Below are positions 38,395 to 50,644 of a stretch of 64,000 nt of DNA, piece by piece (the first letter of the stretch is position 1; the number at the start of each line of letters is the position of its first letter). This stretch comes from Mobula hypostoma (Eukaryota). Made by a program: the position numbers and the translations under genes. The DNA lies in NCBI RefSeq assembly GCF_963921235.1, contig NC_086097.1, positions 32,800,001 to 32,864,000 on the forward strand. The letters run 5' to 3'. The notes beneath the pieces are model-generated. The model made no database searches, was not told the origin of the DNA, and worked only from the letters and a program-made list of their open reading frames with translations.

Positions 38395-40025
38395 ACCTAT
38401 TGAAACAAGCTTTGTTGATGATGTGAAAGTACTGCAGGAACATTCAGAACATAAACCATTGTTGACTGCAGAATGCTTTAGGTTTCACAAGCAGGATCAA
38501 AAATAAAGTTAGTCCATTTCAGTACATGTGACTGAATTGAAGTTGCCTGAGCATTGTCAGTTCAACAATAGTCTTACCGATGCAATAAGAGATCATATAC
38601 TTTGTGGAATCTGACAAAGCATTCAAAAATGACTCCTGATTGAAGCACAACTTACATTGAAAAGAACAGTTGAAATTGCTGTTTCAATGGAAGTCACAGA
38701 CAGATACAATTGAATTGCAGACAGGAATGAAAGTGTGAACAAAGTTGTAGCGTCTAAACAGCAATCAGCCCGGATGAACAAACTGTGTCACTGTTGTGGC
38801 CGGACTCACATAGACCAAACAAGTAAAGACTTGAAGGCAAAACTTGCAGAAAATGTAACAAAGAAGGAAACATACAGAGAGTATGTTGGGCAGGCAAAGT
38901 AAACCGACTGCAAAGGGAAGACAAAAAGTCAAGCTGCAGTTTCAAAAAGAGCACTAATCTACATGCTGTTGATGAAAACTATGATGAGAGTGACACAGGA
39001 CTGTGTAGCCTTGAGATTTGAAAAAGTGAAAACTAACACTAGACAAGCAACACAGCTTACACCAGAAGTGAACAGCAAATTGATTAAAATTGAATTGGAC
39101 ACTGGTTCAGCTATTTCAGTCGTTCCACAAAATGAGTTTGAATGGCATTTCAAAGATACCAAACTGAAGCCTGCAGATATTCAGCTAAGAACCTGTATTG
39201 GAGAAAAGATAACTCCTGTGGGGATGACATTCATAACAGTGAAATACAACAACCAACAAGGCACATTGAGCTTGCGTGTGGTAAAAACAGAAGGACCAGC
39301 ATGTGAGGGCATGATTGGCTGAGACTACTACAATTTGATTGGAGATCCATCCACAATTTGCATGCCACATCCCCTGCAATGAAGCCATATGCAGCGAATT
39401 AAGATACAGGATGACACCACAGCAAGGCTCAAGGATGGCATCGGGAAAACAAAAATATCGAGAGAAAAAGTGTTAAATGAAAATGCCACATCCAGATTCC
39501 CTATACCATCTGTGATATCATCAGCCTAGCTACAAATGATTTGGCGGAAAAGTTTGTCCAGAGTCTAAAGAACACACTGTAAGCAACATCAGCAGAATAC
39601 ACGACACTGAATCAGAAGCTTGCCAATTTCCTCCTTGCATATCATAATACAACACACTCGACAACCAACAACTCACCAGCCACGCTGTTCCTGGGTCGTC
39701 CCTTGTGTTCACGCTTGGATCTTCTCAGGAGGATGCAGGACAAACAGCTGAGACAAATTAAAGGCTCCTCAAACAAGAAGGTTTGATGTTTCATTCCTGG
39801 ACAAGCAGTCCTGGTGAGGGGCTATGGAGGTGATCAAAAGTGGGCACTGGGCAAGATTAAGGACAGAACTAAACCATTCTCCTACACACCGGAGATCGCA
39901 TCTGATATCTGATAAAGGAGACAACACATCGATCAGTTGAGGAGAGAAGAGTCAACTGTTAAAGAAAGTTGGCTACTGCTACCTGAACCCCTTCCTGTAA
40001 ACCAACACAGAGGAGGCCTCAGAAA
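38395..40025 (+). mobile_element. Gypsy (Mag-like) remnant: gag, protease and IN C-terminus; RT largely deleted
   Basis: AECFRFHKQDQ, AIRDHILCGI, paired decayed Zn knuckles (CHCCGRTH / CRKCNKEGNIQRVC), ELDTGSAISVV, FLLAYHNTTHSTTNNSPATLFLGRPLCSRLDLL. Confidence 0.75.
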
Positions 40026-40029
40026 CAGT

Positions 40030-41575
40030 GTGAATTATATTCACCTTACTCTGTATGGGTGTTCACTCTCTGGGATTAAATATTTGGGGATGTGAGACTT
40101 ACTTGGAGAACAAAACACTGTTTTTGGAGGATGAATGTGAGCCGGTCATTAATTATGTGCTGTGTGGCTGGGTATGACCAAGGTGCTTCTATTGACAATT
40201 TATCATGCTTTGGTACACCCTGTCTGGATTATGGTTGTATGATTTATGGGGAGGCTGTTCGTTCAGTTTTACACTGGTTGGACGCTCTACACGGCGGAAC
40301 AGAATCTGAAATGCAGTATTCCTAACTACACCGAGGGATGCATTGGGGTTGAACGAGGTGAGATGCTTTGATCGGTGGCAAGAAAAACTGAACTTCCTTA
40401 GTGAAGGGGCAGGGGTGTATCCCATTTGAAGTATTCTGTTTTAACAGATTGTTGGGAATATACATTGGTAAATGTTTTGGGCAGAAAATTAGGGAATATG
40501 TGCGGGAGTATGGTCTTGGGAATTTGTGGATTGGCCCAAAGGTGGCCTAGCCAGGAGTTTCACCGTCGATATTTCCAGATGTAGGAATAGATTTGACATT
40601 ACTGGAGGATAGACAGAGCCTTGTGGGTGGTGAGAGGGTGTCTGGTCATCTACAGCAGAGTACTTTTCCTTTTTGCCTATCTTTATGAATGGTTTTAAAG
40701 ACCCCGTTAGTAATCGGGTGGATTCTGGGAGATTTATCTTCTGGTTATTGTTGAGGTGGGGAAAAGGCTGAGAGATGGACTGTCTGTCCATACAGCAGAA
40801 TTTACGGCCATCATCATTAGTCTGCAATGGGTCTATCAAGGTAAGTCACACAGGGTAGCCATCTGCCCAGACTCTGCATTGGTACAGCAGAGTTTGGAAT
40901 CGAAGCATTCAGGGAGACCTGATCTGTTGATGGAAGTATTATAATCTATATGTTCTGGAGAGTGTGGGAATAGTTGTGCAGTTTTGTTGGGTACCAGCAC
41001 ATTTGGGTGCATCTGTTAATGAAAGGGCAGATGTTTATAGTAAATTAGGCACTTACCAAGTCCAAGGTGGATATTATAGTTTATATGGGAAAGTATGAAG
41101 CCAAATCTTGTATTAGGTTGGCTGAGATCAGGACATGGCAGAAATTCTGGGATAGGAGTGGTACAGGGAGGTGGTATTACAATATGTTTGCATTATTCCT
41201 TTAGGGAAGGGATAGGCAGGAAGATGTGTGGTTGGCAAGACTGAGGTTTGGACATCAGGGGATTTATACTCCACTTTGGCACTGGTTGGTAAACATGGCA
41301 ATGAGTGGTGCGACCAAAGACAGTGGAACGTGTGATTATGGTGTGCCACAGATATTCATTAGAACATTGGAAGCTGTTCAGGCCATTATTGGGTAGATCT
41401 GGGGTGCCCAGGTTGCAGGATATTCTGGCACTTGAAGCAAGGATAGCTGTCACGTAGGGTTCTGGTGAACTTTTTAAAATTAAAACAAGTTCAGGTGGCA
41501 GGATCTGATCCCTGTCATACTCCATAACAGTAGGTGGTGATAATGCACTTCCCTGATAGCTGCAAGCCACAATTA
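40030..41575 (+). mobile_element. Nimb/I-clade LINE 3' part with RNase H
   Basis: CLDYGCMIYG; LSVHTAEFTAIIISLQWV..ICPDSAL; WVPAHLGASVNERAD; 3' end catactccataacagtaggtggtgataatgcac. Confidence 0.7.
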
Positions 41576-41579
41576 GCAC

Positions 41580-42665
41580 AAAAGTAGAAGCAATCAAACT
41601 GGGTGAAGGACAACCAAACTAAAAGATGAGGGTGTAGCAAATGTGACAATTTAACCTTTAAATAATCAATTCTAACACCATGGCAAGCGTGAACATAGCA
41701 AGACACAAGGTGGTCATCCTGCATCAGCAGAGTCTCTCCCAAGCAGAAATTTCACAGTAGACAGGAATTTCAAGAAGTACTGTCCAAGAGATTCTGAAGC
41801 AGCACAGAGAAACAGGCAAGGGTGAGGACCAGAAATGCAGTGGTTGACCCATGGAAACTGAGTGCAGCAGGTGAGAGATACATCAAACAGACATCCCTTC
41901 TAAATCAGAAGTCCAGCACTGCATCAGCTCTGAACTCTCAGAAACCACTGGAATGCAAGTGCACGCCTCTACAGTTGGAGTAGTCTTGGCAGACGTGGTC
42001 TTCATGGGAGAATTGGTGCCAAAAAGCCATTCCTCCAAAGTGGAAACAAAGCCAGGTGACTCACATATGCATAAAAAACACAAGGACGAGGGTGCTGAAC
42101 AATGGCAGCAAGTACTCTGGATGGACAAGTCAAAATTTGAAATTTTTGGCTCAAACAGAACGCAGTTTTATCTGTAGAAGAGTTGCAAAACATGACATGG
42201 ATGAGTGTCTGCAGCCAACAGTGAAACACGTTGGAGGTTCCCTGCAGGGTTGGGGCTGCATTTCTGCAAATGGAGTTGGTCTGGTCAGAATTAATGGAAT
42301 CCTCAGTGTGAGAAGTACAAGCAGATTCTCATCCATAATGCAAACTGTCAGGGAGGTGTCTGATCTGTCCCAACTTCATTCTGCCCCATACACGTGGCCA
42401 AGGTCTTAAAAGAACTATCTTCAGCGAAACAAAGAACAAGGAGTTCCGCACCAGATGGTATGGCCTCCCAGAGCCCTGATGTCAACATCGAGGCCATCTG
42501 GGATTACCTGGAGAGAAAGAAGCAAGAGAGACAGCAAAAGTCTGCAAAAAAAAAATTGTGGCGAGTTCTCTAAGGTTCTTGGAACAACCTACCAGCCGAT
42601 TTTCTTAAAACTGCACAACAGTTTTAAAGGCAAATGATGGCCACACCAAATATTGATTTGATTTA
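41580..42665 (+). mobile_element. Tc1 transposase pseudogene
   Basis: HTH (ARHKVVILHQQSLSQAEIS..STVQEILKQHRETG); WQQVLWMDKSKFEIFGS; CLQPTVKHVGGSLQGWGCIS; MVWPP.SPD.NIEAIWDYL. Confidence 0.85.
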
Positions 42666-44010
42666 GTGCAAAATCTAAAACAACTCATCCATGCATTTAT
42701 TTTTTGTAGGCTTGACTACTATAACGGTGTTTTCACAGAAAAGAAAATCCTCAGACAGCTGCAGCTCATTCAGAACGCTGCTGCTAGAGTCCTCACTAAG
42801 ACCAAGAAAGTAGAGCATATTACTCCAGTTCTCAGATTGCTACATTGGTTTGCTGTCCATCAGAGGATTGACTTTGAAATATTACTACTGGTTTATAAAG
42901 CACTGAACGCTCTAGGGCCAAAATACAACTCTGATCTCTTGCTGCATCATGAACCTTCTCGAGCTCTCAGTTGTCTGTCTGCTGTCCCCAGGGTCAAAAC
43001 TAAACATGGTGAAGCAGCTTTTACATACCATGCTTCACACATCTGGAATAACCTTCCAGAGGACCTGAAGTCTGCCCCAACTTTAAGTGTAACACTCAGC
43101 TATATTGGCTTGTATACGTCTAGGGGAAATCCCACCCGGCACCGGCCTGAATGCTTCCCGCTGGGTCGGTGGCTGTACCACTACCATCCGAATTAATCCC
43201 AAACATCAATCATCAGCCAGCACACACAGTATGTTTTACCAAGTACACTTTATAGATATTGTATTACTAAGTCTATGACATTAATATAAATTCAATACAG
43301 AAAAGGAAGTAATGGGAAAAAAAGCGCCAGACTTATCAAAGTCTAAGTTCTTCGTGCACAACCGTTGGAGCTCAATTGATTCCTGATGACCACCCGGATC
43401 CTGTCGACTCACGGCTCGGGACCACCCGAAGTGATTGACCGGAGCCTTCCCGCACGTCCACCGTCCTCCCTGTCTCTCCTCCAACTCCCCGCCAAAAACC
43501 CCGGCACGTCCGCCGTCCTCCCCGTCTCTCCTCCAACTCCCCCCAAAAACCCCGTCCACCGTCCTCCCCGTCTCTCCTCTGACTCCCCGTCAAAAACCCT
43601 GTCCGCTGTCCTCCCCGTCTCTCCTCCAACTCCCCGTCCGCAGTCATATGAGACAGCATTATCACCCGAAGAACGATACATGAACACCCATTGGCTAATA
43701 GCACCTGCTGTCTGTATTAACCCAAGCAAATGTCTAGCTAAAGACTTTCTCAGCATTTAACATAACAAAGAAGCCATTTTAAATTGAACATACAAAAAAA
43801 AGAGGCCCCGTACATAAGCTTTTCAATTGAGGATTAATCTGTTTCTTTGCTGTAGCTTTGAATTAGAATCTCCTGCACTGTAACTTCTATTTATCACGTC
43901 CATCTGTTGTGTGATTTTTCTCTTGTATATTGTCTGAAATTTGATATTTATCTTTTTCTATGTAAAGCACTTTGAACTGCCTTATTTGAAAACAAATAAA
44001 CTTGCTTGCT
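42666..44010 (+). mobile_element. L2-clade LINE 3' fragment (same family as 363-1721), split by a solo LTR
   Basis: LIHAFIFCRLDYYN..LQLIQNAAARVLTKTKKVEHITPVL; 3' end tgtaaagcactttgaact..aataaacttgcttgctt. Confidence 0.85.
43088..43814 (-). mobile_element. Solo LTR (727 bp) with internal ~44-bp tandem repeats
   Basis: TGTAAC...GTACA termini; 4-bp TSD TAAG at 43084-43087 / 43815-43818; L2 is contiguous across it. Strand is inferred only. Confidence 0.75.
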
Positions 44011-44078
44011 TAGTTGCTTTTTTTTTTAAAACTGTTGACTGCTCTTTATAGTAATTTTTTGATATTTAGTAACTTTAC

Positions 44079-46213
44079 GGTGACGGCAACATCCATCCCT
44101 GGGTGCAGATGCCTCCTTTAAGGGCTGGAACAGCTCATCTCATGAGCAAGGATGAGCTTTAAACCAGCCAAGTCCAGGTCTCTGGTCCTGAAGAAGGGGA
44201 GAGTGGCCGACCGGTTCTGCTTTACCCTGGAAGGGATCCAGATTCCAACGGTGACAGAAAAACCAGTCAAGTGTCTAGGCTGGATCTTGACAGTTCCCTG
44301 AAGGACACAGCCACACTTCAACAAACCAGGAGTGACTTGATAACCTGGCTCACCGTGGTTGACAAATTGGGGCTTCCAGGAAAATTCAAATCCTGGATGT
44401 ACTAACAAGGATACTCTGGCCCCTTCTGGTCGACGAGGTGCCAATGTCAACAGTGGAGGCTCCAGAGAAGACAATCAGTCAGTTTCTCCGGAGGTGGCTG
44501 GGGTTCCCCCGGACCTTAAGCAGCATTGCCCTGTATGGGCATTCCACCAAGCTGCAGCTCCCCATCAGCGGCCCGTCAGAGGAATTCAAAGTCACTCGAA
44601 CCAGGGAGGTGATGATGTACCGAGACTCCTCTGATGTTAAAGTCGCTGCCGCAGGAATCCGTGTAAAGACCGGAAGTGGCAGGCACAGGAAGCTGTCGAC
44701 AGAGCGGAGGCACGGCTGTGGCACAACATTTTGGTGGGCACTGTGGTGGGCAGGACTGGGCTGTTTTCCCAAACCATGCTACGACAAAACCCATGGGAAG
44801 GAGAAGCGTCAACTGATTCAGGACAAGATACGAGCAGAAATAGAGGAAGAACGATACAGCAAGATGGCTGACATGTACAAACAAGGTGCATGAACTAGAT
44901 GGGAGCATGCGGAACCTCGCAAGTTCACCTGGACAGAGCGCTGGAGAGCTGAACCATTGCACATCAAGTTTCTCATCCAATCAGTCTATGACGTTCTCCT
45001 AAGCCTGGCCAACCTACACAGGTGGGGCATGGCAAACACTCCAGCATGCCTACTGTGCCAGAAGAGAGGCACCTTGGAGCATATCCTAAGTTGCTGCCAG
45101 AAGGCATTGGGGGAAGGGTGATACCGCTGGCGCCATGACCAAGTCCTAAGGTCTAATCACTTTTATTAGAGCGGGGCAGAAGGCTCAACATAGTCCTAGC
45201 TCCTCAGGAGGGCTTCTTGCCACTGCACGAGACTGGCAGCTCCGAGTCGACCTAGGTGAGATGATAAAGAGTTAATTTTGTCCTGCTGACCTGTAAGAAA
45301 TTAGCCATTAAGCTACTGGTTTCCTTGTCTCACTTGCAGGACATAGTAATTTAATTACACTTTGTTCTCAACTATCTAATCGCGCACATTGTTCCAGGTG
45401 TCTGAACTTTATACTTCTGTTTGAGGTGATCCAGAGGCCTTTGTCTCGGACTATCACTGGTGCTGGGCATGTGACTGTGAGCGGTAGCTAAAGAATTGTT
45501 TTCTGCATACATGACAAAGATGGTAATAAAAACTCTCTCTGTGCTTCAGCAGAGAGAACTCTGTGGCTGACCCTGTGAGAGTGCAGAAGGTGGGTTCTCT
45601 CTCGTAGCTTGCTACGAATAAAGGTGGAAAAAAATCAGCTGTGGTACTTGTTTCATTACATCGGGTTGATCACCGTTGACATAGGGAGGCAGCGCAAGTT
45701 CCCAGAGAACATCGCAGCCACTCCGCTCTGCCCGGACATGGTGTTAATATCAGAGTCTACAAAGCAAGTGGTCCTGCTGGAACTTAACTGTCCCCTGGGA
45801 AGACCGGACTGAAGAGGCCAACAAGCACAAGAGGGCTAGATACACAGATCTTGTTACAGAATGCTGGAACAATGGCTGGAGAGCTCGCTGTGAGCCACTC
45901 GAAGTTGGGTGCTGGGGTGTTGCTGGCCATTCATTACAGCGGACTCTAAAACTCCTTGGAGTTAAAGGATTGCAGTGCAGAAGAGCCACTAGGAACATTC
46001 TGGAGGCTGCTGAAAAGGCCTCGCGGTGGCTGTGGATCCGGAGGGGGGATCCATGGATTAGTGTGCCGCTTGGACACAAGTCGGGGGCTGATCACCCCCA
46101 GATGGGTCGAACAGGTGAGGGTGTCTGCTGATTAAAGACCCAAAACACCTTAAGACCCCGGGTTCATCACTGAAGACATGTCCAAGTAGCACCAGAAGGT
46201 GCATTCTACAACT
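44079..46213 (+). mobile_element. Hero-clade (R2 group, restriction-like endonuclease) non-LTR element, 5'-truncated
   Basis: ARMSFKPAKSRSLVLKKG; FLRRWLGFPRTLSSIALYG; CLLCQKRGTLEHILSCC..YRWRHDQVL (CCHC); PDMVLISESTKQVVLLEL..PWED (RLE); EVGC.G. Confidence 0.85.
45257..45681 (+). mobile_element. Solo LTR (425 bp) inserted in Hero
   Basis: TGAGAT...TTGACA termini; 4-bp TSD TAGG at 45253-45256 / 45682-45685; internal AATAAA; the Hero frame (VDLG|RQRKFP) is contiguous across it. Confidence 0.8.
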
Positions 46214-47299
46214 ACTGCTCTTTATAGTAATTTTTTGAGATTTAGAAACTTTACATTTCATTTTGGAAAACATCTTTGCTTTACAGAATTTTTTTTATGT
46301 GTATGACATTTGCACAGTACTTTATTCTCATCTCTGACAGTGTGAAACAGAGTCTGAAACTGGCCTCCAAGTACGCCAAGGCTGTTGAGATCTTTATGCC
46401 ATCCTCAGATGGAAGTAGAAGGAGAAGGTTGTGTCTGGGAATGATAGGCGACAGCTTAAAGCTTTTGTGGATGACTTGGTGAGTACATCAGGGGACAGTG
46501 GGACACAAGGTGGCTCTGGTGCCACTTGAACCAAGAGGGAAAAGAGCATTCTCACTTTTTTTTGGGGGGGACTGTAGGGGTAAGAGCAGCTCTGCTCTCA
46601 CTGGGAAGGTACTGGTTCAGAGGCAGAGTGCGCTCCTGACATGAAGTTTACCACTGCAAGCCTTAATATGAATTTCAACTGGACAACAGCCAGCTTCTCA
46701 ACTCAAGCAAGAACAAGAACTTCTCAAAGCATGGTTTTTTACAGAAGGATCCATCAACGAGAGAAACAGCAACGTCAATAATCAACGTATCACAAGCAAT
46801 TTCAGGATCTGGACAGCAAAGCAAACACTTGAAAACTAGCCAATCTTCTACTGCTAAAATGTTCACTGTTTTGTACCAGTCAACCAGATCATGAATCAAT
46901 ATCCATTCGGACCCTGGAGAAGTATGTAAGCCAGCATTCTGAGGAGACAACACCCTCAACTGCGCAATGATGATGGCTTCTCATTTGGAACATCTGCAAG
47001 CATTTTGCCCAATCCGGCCATCAACCAAACTTCCTTCCAGCCTTAACATGCATGCCAGCAGGGGTTCTCTCCGCAGCTTTAATGATTTATCAGTCCTTAG
47101 GAATGGGAGATATGTGGCAAGTTTTTAGCAGGAAACCCCTATCATCCTGGGAGAGGAGTCCACTTGGCTCCTGCAGCGGCAGGGAGAGACCTACATGAGC
47201 CATCTTATTTCCATTTAGAATGGGGTGCACTTGCACTCAAAAGGGGGTGCTGTTGTAGTGTGGTGGACTGACCCCCTACCTCGGTAAGGCTGGGCGGCA

Positions 47300-48115
47300 A
47301 TTCTCAGACACTGCCTCTTACTTACCCCTTGTAAAGGACCCCACTCAGGACCATTGTCTCCCGCACCATCACCAACCTCATCAGCTCTGGAGAGCTCCTT
47401 GCCTCCTAAGTTCTCTTACCCTGCACTGCTCATTTCTACCTCCTACCTAAGATCCACAAACCTGGCTGTTTGGGTGCATTCACTGTTTCTGCCAGCACCT
47501 GCCCCACATTGTGTCTGCATACAACGACTCAATTTTATCCCCCTTCATCAGTCCCTTCCCACCTACATCTGTGACACTACACATGCTCTCAATTTCCTCA
47601 ACAACTTGCAATTTCCTGGCTCTGATCAGCCTACTTTCACCATGAATGTCCAATCCCCCATCAAAGGTGGCCTTAAAAGTTCTGTTTTTTTTTGGAAAAT
47701 AAACTCTACCACTTTTCCCCACCCCCACTACTCTCCTCAGTCTGAAGAATTAGTCCCCTCACCCTTAGTTTCTCTTTCGACTCCTCCCACTTTCTCCAAA
47801 CTCAAGTTGTAGTCATGGGTATCTGCATAGGCTTTGGTTATGCCTGCCTTTTCACTGGCTATGTGGAACAGTCCATGTTCAAAGCATTCCCAGGTAACGC
47901 TCCCCAATCCTTTCCGCGCTACATTGATTACTGCATTAGTGCTGCTTCATATACCTATGCTGAGCTGGTCAATTTCATCATCTTTGCCTGCAACTCCACC
48001 CTACCTTTAAATTCATTCGGTCCATTTCTGACACCTCTCTCTCCTTTCTCAATTTCTCCGTCCATCTCTGCAGGGAGACTGTCCACTGATATCTTTCATC
48101 AGTCTACTGACTCTT
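47300..48115 (+). mobile_element. Penelope-like RT fragment
   Basis: FYLLPKIHKP; LPTYICDTTHAL; FTMNVQS; MGICIGFGYACLFTGYVEQ..RYIDY; LSTDIF. Confidence 0.8.
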
Positions 48116-50315
48116 ACAGAATGAGTGAAGGCAGCAAGAGGTCCAGCACTATGCTGACACCAATTGTTCTTTAGTGTATTAAGGCAATCTGCAGACCACA
48201 TACACCAAGAGTCATGCCTCTCCTGTCATCAGACTGCACAACCTTGCTCATGGAGAAGAGGAGCATCAACACCAGGAAGAGGGAACACTTCATCAGCTTG
48301 CTCAACAAGCCATCTACTGTAGGCTAGATACTGCAGAAAATACCCTTGAACTTCTCTGTTGGAAGAAGTCAAGAAAGCCATTGCTCAAAAATCCCCTGGG
48401 CAGGGCAGAATCCCCACTGAGATCTTCAAGTCAGCAAGTCCAGTTGCAAATTAAACTTTCCACAGCTCTTGCATGCATCTGGGAAGTAGCAGTCATGCCT
48501 AAAGACTTCCAGGATGCCACAATCATCCTGCTCTTCAAAAATGAAGGAAGCAAAAGCTGACTCCGGTAACTACCAAGGAAACTCCTTCTTGACCATTGCC
48601 AGAGGTTCAGGTCCATATTTCTCATCTGTCTAATCACTAACATATCAGAAGAGAACCTCCTGAGACACTGTGGTTTTCACTTGGGACACTGTTCGCCAGG
48701 TTTAGGGAAAGTGCACAAAACAAAATTTGAACCTGTATGTTATTTTCATAGATCTAACCAAAGCATTCGATACAGTCAACAGAGAAATTCTGTGGTCTAT
48801 ATTATCAGAGCTGGGACGGCCCCAGATTTATCAATCTCATTCATCACTTTCATAACGTGACTGGCCTCGTCCTTTCAAACAGAAGCATCAGAGCCAGTCA
48901 ACATTTTCAAACAATGTGAAACAGGGGTGTCTGATAACCGCTGTACGTTTTAACCTATGCGTGTGCTGAACCGTGCCGTCAGAAACACTAACCAGGGAGT
49001 GTATCTGAAGTATGGATCACTCTGACCTGCATCGTCTGAATGCCAAGTCAAAGACAATCGAGCTTGTCCTCAGAGCTTTATACTGATGACTGTGCCCTAA
49101 TGGCACTCTCCCCCCCCCCACCCACAGAGTCTGATCTCCAATTTATTGTTAATAACTTTGCAGAAGCCCCTCATCTCTTTGGCCTTAGCATCATCCTAGT
49201 AATGACAGAAGTCCTATTTCACTCTGCTCCTTGATCTGCTGTTGCCTGTCCTTCCACCACCACTGAGTGAACAAAATTGATGTGGGTGGTCAGAGCTACA
49301 ACGGCGTTTAACAGCGACTTCTTCGAGCTCATCTGTGGAAACAGTTTAATCTTTACCTTTGATGTCTCTTTTTCCTTTTCAGGGTAGGTACGGCTCTGTT
49401 GAAAACCCTGACATGGAGTTACACTCGGACTTCGGTTCTTTGTGTTGGTGGAACCCCCTCACGGGGACTCACCCCAGCTGCTTTTCAAAATCCCAAGGAC
49501 GTGGCCTCAAAGATGAATGTGCCTTCGGGTACCAAGGCCTCACGACTCTAGACAAGCTGATTCCATGCCGGTACTGCCAACTGAAACGTTGAGGGAGAAA
49601 CTGGAACCGCAGGTGCAGCAGATCAGCTGTCGGAGGCTCTACTTGGCGAATCGCTTGTGCTCTTCTCTCTCTGTGTGGAGGAACTTATTGCCGATTCGAG
49701 TTGGAGAACTTGGGGGAGAAAAGCGATGCAACAGAATTTATCACCACACACCAGCTAGTTGTTTTGTTATGTCTCCCCTCTCACTCTGAACCCATTTCCC
49801 TTTATCAGGAAGAGCAAGCCTGCGGCATGTTGAATTGTCGGATGAATGATTAGTTTTTGTTGTACCACAGATTATGGTCATTCTTGGGGGCTTTGCTATT
49901 GCTTGGTGGGTGGAGGGTGCTAATGGTTTATTTGTGGGTGGGGGTGGGAGAGGGTCGTTGCTTTGCTGCTTGTGCATGGGAGGGGGAGTAGGGAGGTTTG
50001 GGACTAATATTTTTACTGTCGCTCATTCTTTGGGACAGCCTTCTGTTTCGTGGCTGTGAAGAACAAGAATTCAGGATATCTCTGATATTAAATGGAACTA
50101 TTGAATATGGTAAACGAGTTCAAGGACCCCAGCAGCAATGTCTCTGGTGATAGCTCCCTGGACAGGGAAATCAATGCCAGGATTTGGAAAGCCAGTCACG
50201 CATGTTGAACCAGCATAAAACACTCCACTATCCACAAAAGTGAAAATGTACACCATTGTCATTGTTAGCTGTCTCCTTTATGGCTGTGAAATATGGACTG
50301 TTCACAGAAGAAAAC
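48116..50315 (+). mobile_element. RTE (BovB-like) LINE remnant, interrupted at 49281-50099
   Basis: [56 protein letters not shown]. Confidence 0.75.
49281..50099 (+). mobile_element. Non-coding, probably non-autonomous retroelement, copy 2
   Basis: Homologous to 37652-38390; flanked by attga (49276-49280 / 50100-50104); the RTE frame continues across it. Confidence 0.55.
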
Positions 50316-50644
50316 TCATGTTTTGGAATGGCCAAGTCAGAGTCCAAACCTTAATCCAATTGAGAGGCTGTGGCATGACCTGAAGAGGTCTGTTCATGCA
50401 AAGCATCCCAGAAATATTGATGCACTGTAATAGCCTTGTATGGAGGAATGGTCTGAAATTTCCCTTTGCTGTTCTGCAAGTCTGATCAGCAGATATAGGA
50501 AACGTTTGGGGGAGGTTACTGCTGCTAAAGGAAGTTCAATCAGTTATTAAATACAAGGTTTCACCTATGTTTTCCAGCCTGGACTGAATGATTAAACAAT
50601 GTGTTCAATAAAGACATGAGAAGTACAATTGTTTGCGTTTGTTT

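Noticed and set aside
31379..42665. Left Tc1 TIR and the transposase at 41.6 kb being one element
   Set aside because: No TSD or junction evidence links them; possible but unsupported.
43455..43640. CRISPR-like repeat array
   Set aside because: Tandem units have no unique spacers, lie inside an LTR in a eukaryotic context, and there are no cas genes.
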